DNA of 62,536 bases, the filler included, from Dirinaria sp. TL-2023a (lineage: Eukaryota), in assembly GCA_051941275.1 (NCBI GenBank). It is 3 parts of 3 records of this genome, joined end to end, with 100 filler letters (N's around TTAATTAATTAA, not from the genome) between each part and the next. Parts side by side here need not be neighbours in the genome. Positions count along the whole stretch, not along the records: positions 20,932 to 41,757 come from JAVEBF010000276.1; 2 more parts are not named here. One strand, given 5' to 3'. Shown here one piece after another: positions 27,195 to 39,755 of the stretch. Every line of letters starts with the position of its first letter. Positions within the stretch are counted from its first letter, which is position 1. Below the pieces are notes generated by a model that was not told the origin of the DNA, made no database searches, and saw only the letters and a program-made list of their open reading frames with translations. The position numbers and the translations under genes were made by a program.

Positions 27195-27694
27195 TGGCAA
27201 CTCTGAATTCTCCGCTGAGCTCTATAATACCAGGCAACGCCTAGGCTAATATTCACGCCCAGGGTATAGCAGGTCATCAGCGGACTGAAGCTGTTCAGCA
27301 AGGAAATGATATTCTGTCGGCAAGCAAGTGACCGCAGAACAGAAGCTGTCCAGACAAAGAAACGCAACAGTCCAAAGATCAAAAGATGAGGTTCTTGGAA
27401 ATTGAAATAATCGAGGGTTTTCTGCGAGGGTGAAAAGTCGCAGCCTGTTGCAGCTCACGCCATATTTATGATCGGCTGATCCGCTTTTGCACTCTTGGCA
27501 TCGATCTCGACCCATTGGCCAGTGATGGTTAGCTTTTGCTTTAGTCTGATACTTGTAATCAGGGTCGATCTCGAGTACAGGAACCACGGCTGTGTCTCGA
27601 CTTAGTGCACATCCCAATGTAACACAGCATGGGGTCGACAGACCAGATCTATCTCATTGACAGATGAAATTTAGTGCACTCATCACGCAGGATT

Positions 27695-27732
27695 TAAGAA
27701 TCACGGATCACTGTAAGAACCACGGATCACTG
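27695..27732 (+). repeat. 19-bp tandem direct repeat (TAAGAAYCACGGATCACTG x2)
   Basis: Seen directly in the divergent intergenic region. Confidence 0.8.
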
Positions 27733-27943
27733 TTCGACGTGCATCATCTACGTCGCAACGCGATCGGTATTAAGAGATGAGTTCGCGATACTTAAATGGC
27801 GAAGTGGCGCCTCTACAAGAACGCTAGTCCTCAATCGGCATGGCAGCTAGCATGACGCGAAGACGATACGCGTCTACCTTACCCTTTACTTTCTCTCAAG
27901 ATTTGATTGAAAATACACACAGCCTACTCCAACGTCAAACACA

Positions 27944-28887
27944 ATGCCAGTCTCACCCAGCGAGGAACCCGCAAGGGTCTCGCATAAACGGTCTAGCCCT
28001 TGCTCGTGTGAAGCGGACGACAGGCCCAGCAAAGCAGCCTAAGTGGCAGATGACGATCCTCAGGCTGTGGCGGAAGCTCGCACTGCCGACCTAGAGAGCC
28101 AGGTGAAAGAGCTTCATGATTTTCTTGACATCAATGGGCTTGTAAATGGTTCGTTTGCACACTCTAGGCGTGAACGACCAAGCTGATGATGTGCATAGAA
28201 GCTCCAAAATCCATACAATACCACCTGCTCCGTCGTCCCGATGCTGTAAAGAGACATGCTGCGCAGATAGAGACAGCCGCCACCAACAAATTTTTTAAAT
28301 TATACGCTAAGAACGGGAACGCAAAGAAGACCATGGTGACTTCAGACGACCTAAGCAGAGCAATGGTACCTTTCCTAAGGAAAGCGGAACACCTGTTGGA
28401 TATCCCGAATACAGCCGGTCTCGTGTTCGACCTTGTCAAGATGCTGGGAGAACATTCCTATGGAGAACTTGACACTGAGTCCGACGAGGGTAGGCCGTCA
28501 GATTCCATTGTCGATGAGCTACTTGAGCGGCTCGCACCGGAAAAGCGACTCGCAGAGCCGAATTGGGATTTCATCAAGGACTTGGAGGAGCTGAAGCGGG
28601 TGGCTGAAAAGTTTGCTGACTACGAAATGGAAAATTATTGCCCCCAAACCATCAAACTGCTTTCAAAATGGAAAGCCGCATCGAGGCGCACAATTCCCAA
28701 AACAGACGAGCAATCAGATGTATCGTCAGAGAAATACACAGCAGTAAACAAGGAGATAGCTAGCTCCGAGAAGCCTGCAAGGGTTCAACGGCCCAAGGAA
28801 AAGACAAGAAAGCTTACTATCCCGAAAATCAGGAGAAGAGGAATATCTTTCCAAAGCACCAGGAGCAGATTACTACCATATTATTAG
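27944..28887 (+). pseudogene. Hypothetical protein gene with an in-frame TAA (28040-28042) in exon 1; intron 28149-28198
   Basis: MPVSPSEEP...SKAA*VADDDPQAVAEARTADLESQVKELHDFLD continues through the stop and splices (GTTCGT..TAG) into ORF 28186-28887. Confidence 0.6.
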
Positions 28888-31207
28888 CTCCTATATTCAA
28901 TATTAGGTTCGATTCCTGTGGCGCTGGTACAATGGTGTAATTGTTTTGGTTCTTACTAGGCGTGTGAAACACCTGACCGAGGGATGTGTTTGAAGGATCC
29001 AAATCTTCACCTTTTGTCCTTAGCACGCTGCTGGGAATACCTCGGAAGACCTGCTTTATGGATTTTTCACAGAATTTTTCGATACGCCAGGAAAATGACA
29101 TTGGAATCTCCAGGCACAAGATTTAAGAACCAAGTACTACAATATCCAGGAAGATTTGTATATCCCTTCATCGTTCCTTAGTCCAACAATCGTATGGTGT
29201 GATTACAGACAAGCTACACGGTCCTGAACTAATATCTTACAAAATGTGCTCCTCGACAAAGTCTTGAAATTCTGCAACGTATGACGCATTATACAAGGTT
29301 AATTAGATTTACTCCTACTCCAGCACTCTAAGCTGCGGTCCATCTTGGTTCTTTTGCCTCGACTCTTTTTATACTACATAGTACTTTCTCCGCATGTTTC
29401 TAGCCCAGCTCTTCACCTTCGACACGGCATACACCCCACAATAACAAATTGCAAGTGATGATCACTCTTCAATTTCCAAGGTGCATTAGATGTTCACAGC
29501 CGGGCTTGCTGTTCATATCTACAACTCATAATACTACTTATCTCAGACATTGCTGCCCTACTTCTCTATACCATATCATTCTTTAAATTTCCTAACAATC
29601 ATCCTCGCGTGGGCTTGGGTCACAAATTTCGTATGTTGGGATACTTCGCAGACCATGTCGAGTCCCCACAGGGCTATAGCATGTAACCCAGTGTGTTGAT
29701 CGAACTAATTTAACCAGAGAGTCTTCTCTGCAGCCCTGGAATTCCCCCGAATGACAATACGGAAAACACCAGATTGCCGTATCCTTCGTTCTACCCTACA
29801 CACTGACCTGAATGCGCAACGCGACCAATGAACGAAGAGCATCTATGTCGAGAAGATGTCAGCAAACTGATCAAATGCGTCATGTTTATCCATCTTAAAC
29901 TCAGACTCAGCACGTCAAAAAGCCAGACAGCATTTTCGCGAACCTAGAGTGGCTCTCTACCTTCTAACTTGATGGTTGTGGATTCAGTGACGAAGCATTG
30001 CTTTTGAATCGCGCGATTTCTTCCCGAGCTCTGAGTTGAGAGACATGTGAAACCTTCCCGTACCTTATTTCTATTGAAAGTCAAATCTGTGACTCTGCTT
30101 TCATTTCAATACCTCTTACATTAGCGATTGAATATCGCTCATCACGAAAGCAGCGGCTCGTTGAGCCAAGTCTCTCTGTTTTGATTCGATGCTCGAACCT
30201 GGGAGACTAGATGAAATGAATAAGGGCAAAATCTGTGTCCCTGCTTTCATTGCATTTACTCAATCTCTTTTGCCCTCCACGAATTTCAGCTCAGCAATCA
30301 AGTTCCATTTTACCATTCAGAAGTTCAGGTCAGCAGTCGAGCTTCTCATGACTCCGCACAAAGTGCGGCTCAGTATTCGAGCGCAATCTAGTTCTTCAAA
30401 TAATCCAGCCCAGCAAAAAAGTTTTGTTTGACTCTGCAAAGTAATCAGCTTCACAAGGGTTCTCTTACAAAAGAGCAAAATATTCTGCTATACGAAATTT
30501 TCTTCTGGCTCTGCAAAGAGTTCAGCTTCACACCAAGTTTCGCTCTATTATTCATGACAAGAGTGTTAAGTGTGAAGCTCAGCCGCTAGTCTGCTTCTAA
30601 TTAGAGAGACGAAGCGCTCGGTCGCATGAGTCATCTAGTTTCTAATCAGTCGGATCGACTGGGCTTGGTTTGATGTGATTCTGGGATATCTGACTGCTAA
30701 TTATTTGTGCCCAACAATCCGCTCAATTCCTACGATGGATCCTTTGGATTGGTACCTTGACCTTGCCAACAGAAACGAAGATAGACCCTCCAATATGCGG
30801 CAGTTTCATTTAAACGTGAGTTGAATTCTGGACTTTTGAATGATTGATGAACGATTATCAATACATTGCCAGGGAAACAACATAGTCATGGTGTATACTT
30901 CTGAACGCTTCTGCTGATTCAACTATAGCATATTTGACTCAGATGAAGAAGCCCCGTTAAGGCTATATTCAAGGCTGCCAAGAACTGATGAATCAACTCA
31001 CAAGTAATCGCTAATCAGTCAGAAACCGTGTCGTCTCGTGAAGTGGATCAAAGATGTGGGTTGCTAAGAGACTATTGAAAATGATTTACGAACACTGAGA
31101 TTTCTAACCACATCTTGAAAGCTACGGCTATCGATTGCTAATCGCGATTTGACGCAAGAATTGCCACACTGATGTCAAATACGATAATGCCGCCAAAAAG
31201 CCAAATT

Positions 31208-31603
31208 CTAATTTGGCTCTACTCTGAGAAAATTTGTTCGCTTGACTCTTACCTTCTTGGTAGTCGCGAAAAGAACGAAGAAGACTGTATTACCACATCA
31301 TCAAAAGTTTTTACTCAACACCATCTCACCAATTGCTTTTAAATCACGATCCGAAGAATACTTCTCGATTGGTCAAAATTTAAATTCAATCATCGTAACA
31401 CATTTCTTCGCAACGATATTTTCTGCAATCTGTCTTCCTGAGGATTTCGTTTCTCGATATCAATTGCCACTTAGAAATCCTCTTATACAAGCTATATTCC
31501 ACGTTTGAAATTTTTCAGTAGTACAATTCTCCACAGGTTGCTCTTCAAAATCCCATTCTCAAAACACTGTTGCATCACGCGATCTTTTTGATTCGATCTG
31601 CAT
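31208..31603 (-). pseudogene. Possible decayed ORF with five internal TGA stops
   Basis: 132 codons, all internal stops TGA (VF*EW, GN*YR, KF*PI, NF**CG), consistent with TGG>TGA; family unrecognised. Confidence 0.35.
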
Positions 31604-31897
31604 TTGTTGATATTCTCAACTTTACACAAGTTGTGCTTCAGAAATCTATACTGTATGCCACGATCAGCGTTCAGAGGTCAACCTGGTTCTCTTATACATC
31701 CTTCTCCCTTTCACCGCTCATAAGCGTCACACTCTAAGAACAGACGTTTTATGTTACATGATGCCCAACTCGAAAAAGTTCTCTATCTTCAGCTAAGGAG
31801 TTAAGACTCACATCGCGCAGTGTTTTCCTTTGTCTCACAAACTTCGACCTCATAAAAGTCATAAGTGTTCGCGATCAAATCTTGAGTTAAGAGAGCA

Positions 31898-32560
31898 ATG
31901 TCGAATCGATTACCAAATGAGATTTTAATGAGATCTATACATTGAGACTTATGATCGTGAGTTGAATTTGAAATCGGACACACTGAAAGAGACTACTTAT
32001 GCGTCGAAGACATCACAGTTGACTTATTATGTTACGGGAACATTGGTAGCATCAACCAAGTCATTGATCTGTTTTGGACCCAGCACCAGGACTTTGCAGG
32101 CCCATACACCAGTACCTTTGGTACACCAGTCCTTCGTTGAGTGAGCCACGGGATTCCGTGCCAGCTTCACCGTTTTTTGGGCACCTTTTGGTCTGCAAGA
32201 ATTGCTCTCGCAACAGATTGTTCTTCTCATTCTTTCGGCATCAAACAAAAAAAGATCTCTCAAGCACAACTGAATCTTACACGTTCTTCGATCGTACATG
32301 CTATTTTGGTTCAGTCTCGAGACCGTGAAAGAATAATAAAATGTGGAAACTGTGCTCTTCAAAGAGCGAGAGAGATAAGATCATCATCTTATTTTGTTTG
32401 TATTCGCGAGAAAAGTTATTTCGAAGACGCATATGAAAATTGCAAATTCTCAAATCATAATATTTGATACTTATTATACGATCAAGATGAGATGTCTCAA
32501 ATGATGCTTTTTCCTCCCAGTCTTTTTCTTTTCTTTTTCTTTCTTTTTACTCGTCAGAGC
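31898..32560 (+). pseudogene. DUF3716-like Cys-rich protein relic, hypermutated
   Basis: RSSIVHAILVQSRDR..CGNC..SYFVCIREKSYFEDAYENCKFSNH fits the DUF3716 pattern RPS..AIL.QSRG..C..C..P(F/Y)..C...G.FGGAC.NCK with P>S, G>D/E/S, C>Y; internal stops all TGA. Confidence 0.65.
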
Positions 32561-32949
32561 ATTCAGCTCTCGTTGAAATGAGATGAATCAACAAACCCAA
32601 CTTCTAAGGCTTTTAGAAAGGTGGATAGGTTGACTACCAAAGTTCCGAATCTGCTCGCAGCCTGGCAGGAGAGAATCAGATATCTGAACCCCAGTGATTT
32701 TCTCCGCAGAAACGTCGCGCTCTCATGTGCCTCTCGAAATCACAGTGAAGATATAAATCGCGCGACGTGAAGCTCGAAAAATCGAAACGCTTCAATGCAC
32801 TCAATTTTCACGATTTCAGCACTCCTTGATCACCGCGTGAACTACCATGGCGTTAGAGCTAAGCTGTCTTTCTGGAACTGTTCAATGAAGCATATTTGTT
32901 TTATATCGCCCTCTTGTTTAATGATGGAGTGGAGCTGCGGTCTAGCGTT

Positions 32950-34780
32950 CTCAGCATGATACTGCTGCTCGTCGCTCTGCCATGGAACGTATCACCTAGG
33001 AACGGGTAGAGGAAGGAGCATCGACGTTACTTGAATGGCGAGAGACCAACTCAAGAACAAGATGTATTCTTCGAGAAAGCAGAATGGTACGACATAGACC
33101 ACAAAAGAGCTGGGGAGAAAAAGCCAGTATCGGTAGTCGCAAAGAAATAAGACGATGGATGAAACAATGGCTTCATTCTTGGAGAAAGAACGCGAGAGCA
33201 ATCTAAATCTCATCACCATCAATCTTTGTTCTGGCGGGTCAATCTTCAATCCTCAAAGATCCAGACCATCATCGCTTCCTTCTGGCTTTGGGAACGTGGA
33301 ATCAAAGTCACTCTACGCCGTTACAACCTGCCTCGATTTAGCTGAAGAGCAACGATGCTTTGATCGATACATCACCCGCTTCACGTCTTTTGAAACCTCA
33401 CTGCTGAAGCAAGAGCCAATCTCGGACCCCCTGCATTGCCTCGAAGAGACTTGCAAAAGTAGCCGAAGTTTCAGACGAATCAGTACTACTGATGGCGTTC
33501 TGCTAACAGCGTTATTCTGTCACAACAACATCATTATCGCTGTTTAAACGAACGGTGACTCTTGCGCAGGATAGAACTACTGATGGCAAGAGTCGTTATG
33601 GGAGATTTTAGATTTAGAACAAGAAAAATTACTGAGGAGCGGAAGGATGAAACGCACACCTTAGTAAGTGGTGTGGCTGAATATGGGCGATATTTGGAAA
33701 ACGGCAAGTGCAGAAACAACATTACTTCTCGCTTTCCATACCAACTAAAAACGCAGATATCAAGCCGCAAACAAAAACAAAGAAATAGCAGCTCAATCGC
33801 CGTCCTAGCGCTGTTGCACGACCTCATGATCATTCCCGATACTTTCTGAGACTCTTTCTGCGCGTGGTCCTCACCTTCTACACAACCTGGCAAACAAGGA
33901 CTATTTACTATCTCGGAGCTTACCTCTCGTGCCGCCCGATTTTAAAAAGTCGTTGATCAGGAAGACGATGATATCGAGCAAGCCGAAGAGAAAGAATGAG
34001 CTGGATGCCGATGAAGTGACTTGGACTCATTTCTATTGTGTTGAGAAGTTCTTTTGTGTTGTTTTTGATTTTTACCCTGTGCCACTGATGAAACCGAATC
34101 GATACTAGCGAAGATGAGGAGGTTTGTCCCTGACGCTTGCGAAATTGTATCCTTTCCATAAGCACATTGTGATCTGAATAAACCTCCGGTATCAGTTTCA
34201 TCATTTACTGCTGAAAAATGGTCACGATCAAGTTTTACTCCTGGATCATCAAGCGTAAAGAACAGATCTGCCTTCGAGACACCAGGGATAACTAATATTG
34301 AACATGGGTCGCGGCTCGAGAGGAGCGCCTTTCAACTGTTCTTCCACTGGACGTGGATGATCACAGAGCTAGTGGCTCGATTATATTTTCTAGAATCAAG
34401 TCTCAAAATGAACAAGTCTGACTTCCAAAGCAAGATTGACGTGTCTTCGAGTGCTCAGATCGCTCTGCAGACAATTGATCGAGTTTTTCGCATTGAGCAA
34501 ACTCGAATTTGTTTTATTTATGTATTGATCGTTGATCATTCTTATGATCAAATACTACAGACGACGACGACGAAAAAACAAATTGGCATTATCGCAAATC
34601 AAGAGAATTTAAAGCTCAAACAATTCAGTGTTCGCATTATTCAGCAAAAATGCGAGCAGTTGTATGTTCGACAGTTTGATCAACGATTCTCTCGAGTCGC
34701 ATGAGACAGTGTTCAGCATTTGAACATGAAAAATTCGTTCGAAAAAAAACAACGATTTCGCAGTCAACATCGATGACTCA
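32950..34780 (+). pseudogene. Decayed SNF2-family helicase
   Basis: AQIALQTIDRVFRIEQTRICFIYVL.VDHSYDQ (~34453-34550) reads as SNF2 motif VI QxxGRxxRIGQ with G>D and G>E; upstream ORF pieces are broken and the 5' boundary is approximate. Confidence 0.6.
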
Positions 34781-35126
34781 AAACGCGGAATCAGGCGAGC
34801 CGAAACGGTGGCTGGATACGCAGGATGCTGGTTTCAAAGAGCTATATTGTATATGTCTGCGACTTCGGCAATAATTTGAGATCGTACATGCATCATCGAT
34901 ATTTGGATAGATATTTCTCACCTAATCAAGCTAAACAGTATGCTATCATTGCAATAACATGTATTTTCGCTTCGCGCCTCGTGACTCGTGAATCTGATGT
35001 CCAGTCAAACCTTTTCTCCAGGCATTGAAGAACACCTTTGGCAGCTCCTGCGTAGCTCAGCCAGTAAGTATTGCCCGCATCTTACGAGGTAAATCATGGC
35101 ATACCGAGAGGAAGAAAACCGTCCAT

Positions 35127-36436
35127 CTACATTTGACCCCAATCCCGTTTCGCAGCACCATCAAGGTTATCAACACTCAGCATGCCCACCCCTTCGTGAA
35201 CCAGAACGTTCCATACGTGATCCCTCAAATTGATGGGCCAAGCCGGGGTATCCCAATACCTGGCCTTAAGGCCACGATTGTTCGCCTCACGTACTTGACC
35301 TCTAATGATCTCAATCTGGCTTGGTTTCAACATACCTAGCCAAGGAGAGCCAATAGCCTGAGCGAAAGATACGCTTGCGTAGTAGGAATTCTCTGATGTG
35401 TATAACGATGCATTCGCGGGCGGGTCCTCTTCGTTACCCCAGAGCTGGTCGAGAGGGGCATCGAAAAATATATCCCGATATGGGTTACTAATACTGGATG
35501 TTATAAGCTCAAGACGCGTGTTTCCCGTGCCCACAACGGTCACTTGACGATTAAGTAATGATGAGCCGTTGAGGTGCGTGAGGTAGCCTTGAGAGCGCAG
35601 TGGCGCAAGCTGATCAACTAGTAGAGGCAGCGTTACATCAGCATCGGACTTGATGTCGACCAACAGAGTCAGGGATGCGGTAGGATCAGTATCGAAGATG
35701 CCCCTTCTTTGTGAGTCCGGGCTGAAGGGCGAGTTGAGATTCTGACCATTTAGAATGTCCACGAGCGGGTTGACATAAAGCGAGCGGAGGCTCCGATTAG
35801 ACGACAGAGACGCTTTGGAATGGCCGACGAAGAGGTCACCGTTCTCCAGCCAGACGTCCGCTTCTATGCCGGTACATCCAGCCGCTAATGCGTTGTAGAG
35901 AGGCACCCGCCGCCAATAATCGTTGTGAGAGTGACAAGGTATGGGCACTATATCACGGCTGAAGTCGGTTGGCCATTCTGCCTCGTCCTCCGTTATTGTT
36001 CCCGCTTTACCCCAGGATGCTAATATTCTTTGGATATCGTTCCTTGGAATCTTCGAACTCAGGTGTATATCAACATAGATGAAGAGGGACAACAAGACAC
36101 TAATGGCTTATTAGTACTGAAATTGATTGCTCATTCGCGATGTAGCACTGACAAGTTTAGAACAATCGCTGTAATGGCAACTGCTTTAGCTGTGACGAAT
36201 TTTCTTGTCCGAGGCCTTATCCCTCGATGCATCACTGGCCTTGAAAAACCACGCCCGAAATTTCCGTCAGACGGGATTTTTCTAAGTTCTGGCTGCAAAT
36301 TTTGCAGACTTGTCTCGGGCAATGCGCTGTCGGGCGAGGTATCTCGTACCGACGTAGGATGGAAGACAATCGCAGGCTCCGCTGCAGTATATCTTGTAAG
36401 ATTGTGTTTGGACGACGGAACTCCCTTCAACGGCAT
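35127..36436 (-). CDS. AIM6: AIM6-family PLC-like phosphodiesterase with N-terminal membrane anchor; exons 36436-36153, 36099-35127
   Basis: DFSRDIVPIPCHSHNDYWRRVPLY.AL.AGCTGIEADVW, LTLLVDIK, ARYWDTP; 53-nt GTCAGT..TAG intron. Start codon uncertain. Confidence 0.82.
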
Positions 36437-39400
36437 GCTTGCAGTTGTAGCAAGCATCAGTGTATGATATAGCGCGTACATACAACGGTTTGAGAAGTAG
36501 ATAGTATATATAGAGGTAGCAAAACCGTGTAAAGTATGCATATAAAATGAGACTAGCAACGACGTCATGAAATTCTGATGGAACGTCAGCTTGTGATTGC
36601 AGACAATCACTGGCCGAAGCGCATGCTGGCACAGAATGCTCCTTTGATGAAAACGGTCGATGCAAACACGGAGCTGGGTAGGGAGGAACCGCCGATCGGT
36701 CTACCATCGTTTCACTCCAGCTTACTCTGTGAGCTGGAGTTTACATGATGTGGATAGTTAAAGTGAGACTCCAGTTTGTCGCTTACGCGACGCTGTGTCA
36801 AGCATGATCACGAGTCTCCTGGCTTTAGACTGACGCTTTGCCACGTCCTCATGTCGTTCTTGATCCCGATCCCAGAGCATGCAGGGAGTCAACTGAGTCA
36901 AGCTCCGCCTCCAGAAACAGATCTCGTGCTCTAGTTTCTAAAATCCAAGTTGCGGTGTTTGAAGAGCCAACAGATACGCCTCGCGGTACCGCTCATGCTG
37001 TTTTAACCTCAGATTTTCAAACGCGCAGGAATTGATCCAGGCTATACTCCATCTTCAGAGTCGAAGAACGAAATGTGCATTCCGAAGAGGAGTAAGAGCG
37101 TCTGAAGAGACCGAACGTATGTGTGCGTAAGAAGGTTCGAGGAGTCAACGTCTAAGCTTTGCCTCATGCCTCATGCCGCTTAGACCTTCGATCCCGGGAA
37201 TTGACTGGAGTTGTCTGGATTAGCTTCACCTGGAGGCTGGTGAGATAGAGAGCTTCCCCCTTGAAGGAAAGTACACAATGTCAAAGCACTGATACACAGG
37301 CAGAAACAAATAGGCAGCATTAACGTCTAGTGAAACAAGGAGGATGACACTACTATGGATTGCAGAAGGCGCATAGGAATGACGATGCTCAAATGTGATT
37401 TTGCTTTGAAGGAATGAGGCACAGAGTGCCAGAAGTCTGGATTTACGGCTCAGCGGCATGCTCCCAAACAGAAGAATATCGAGCATAGTCAAATGCGGCC
37501 GAGTAGCGTAGGGAATTGTATTGTGGAGAGTCGAAGGCTCTAGCATTGTTGCGATGCCGCGATATTCAGCTTACATGGCACAGACTCGCGAATCAGGCCT
37601 CATCAATCATTATTCGTTTTCGAGTCAGGGTTGAGGAATATGCGCAGTTCGTTGCCAAGCATTAGATCCGATCATCCGAGTCTCAGCCGCTCCCGCTAGA
37701 GGCCTCGGCGGCGCGTCTCGGAGCGGAAACGGAATCTAATCTTATCTTAACGCCTCCGCGCGCATAAGACCACCAGACTAAACAGATATCGCAGTAAAAC
37801 TGCACGACTTGCTATCGTTCCTTGGTGGCAGGTAATCCTCACACGTAAGATCTGACACCACTGCTGCACTTATGTGACAGTATAAAAGAATGCTTCGAAT
37901 CCCTTTCCAGCAGGTTGGCTGTCTATCATCTATCGCAGCATCACTGAAAGAATGACATGCCTATTCAAACAAGGGCGCTCAGACCACGGTTTCAACGAAG
38001 CACAGCTGACCGTGTTTGCCGCTGACCTCCCGCCATTTCCATCGCAGAACCTATTCGAAGTTGACAGAATTGATTCTATGACCATTGGCAGAGCTTGGTT
38101 CGTTGACCATGTACCAATTAACATTGACGCAGTCCCCCGCATTTGGATCGGTAGTAGTCTGGGTCGACGAATCAAATTGTGCAGTGATGACCCCCTGCAG
38201 ACAGTTAGACATCGAATACGTTTTGCGTTGAGCTCTGAAAACAGTCCATGGTACGTACCATACGAGAGTCACCGGCACAGTCTGTCGCGGCGAACGCTAC
38301 GAGGTTTTTATGGCCCCATTTACCAGTCCCGAGGGAGTAGGTGATACTATTTGTCGCCCCATCTATGCTCACGCACCCGAGATCGCTGTCTTTGTTCTGG
38401 TAGATATGCTTGTCTCCCGAGCTGAGAGCTGCTGTCAGGCCGCATTGTTTCAATGTAGCTACTTCGAATATCATGGCTTACCACGCCTGAACATCCCACT
38501 GAGTCACCCTCGGCTTGGTCCAACGAGCTTCCAATATATTTAGAAAAGCTGCGACCTCCGTTGCCAAAGTCGCTGCGAGCGTCAAAAGAGCGAAATGCAT
38601 GGTTCGAGAGGGTTTCTATAAAATTGGGTCTGTGGTCTCGGAGTGGAATTCTTTGAAAACTAGCTTCGTATGAGTGTCAAGATTTGGAGATTTTGCTTGT
38701 AATTCTGGCCTTGATGTTCTCTTGGGAGTTCTCTGTCTTATATGGACAGCTTAGAGCTTGCAGCAGTCTGGATTCATACGTCATGTTCAGGGGGGGCCAA
38801 CGTTAGCATTCCGTAACATGATTAATGGATCTTGTCACAGAGTAGTGATGTAAGTTAGTGGCGCATTCCACAATTCTGAGCCAGCACGTTGCCATCAGCT
38901 AGAGACTACTTGTGGAGGCCCGTGCAGAAAGACTTTGGAAAGGGATCATTGAATGGATCAAGCCAAACTCTCCCCTGCTGATCTACCCCTTTCTTATGCT
39001 CGATAGGTTTTAACAAGGGGATCAAACAAGCTTGCTGCGTGCGAAACGGAGAAATTCGACTCGGAGGACATGTTCCAGTGGGCTGGGAAGTTTTCTCCGT
39101 ATGTTGGCTAGTTTCGAATCGATCTCACTGTGTTGCAGAGTCATCACAGCTGGGTTAACACAAATGTTGAGTGGCAGACCGACCAGTGCAGCGCCCTTCG
39201 GAATGCGTCATTTGATATTCCTAGCTCTAGTCAGAGCTACATAGATGCCGCAGGCCTTGCTGCAATTACCAAGTCAGAAAGTTGTTTTGCTTTTGGAGGA
39301 CGACCGCGGTTATAGGTCGGCTTTGCTCCCTTGGTCATTCGCCGCGTTTGACGGGGCATGCCCTACAATACTGAAACAGATTCGCTCGCCGGGAAGACGT

Positions 39401-39755
39401 TACCGCATTGTAGGATCTTAGCCAGCCTTTCCAGTCTCATCATCGAAGATTTGCTTGTATGTTGCGTTTGACAAGTGTTCGTTAGGGCGAGAGCAAACGA
39501 ATTAGTTTGCGTCATAGCACTCATCAACGATTCGGTGGCTTCGAACACGTCGCAAAGACCTCTTATCACGCTTTTTGCAGCATGTACAGCCATGCTAAAG
39601 ATCTATAAGTATCGTCAAACATCCCCGGAAGCAGGTTCAAATATCAGTTGAAAGCATCGAGAACAACCGTGAATCATAAAACTCATATTTGAGACACCAT
39701 TTTGCACGCACAATCTTACGGAGAATCGAGCGGGGAGCAGAAGCTCTTTGTAAAG

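Noticed and set aside
29200..35000. Search for TIRs, LTRs or TSDs bounding the decayed block
   Set aside because: None found by eye; only a short imperfect direct repeat at ~30430/30507, so no formal mobile-element call.
37952..38543. ORFs downstream of a TATAAAAG box at 37881
   Set aside because: No recognisable family or coherent splice model; at most a weak relic.
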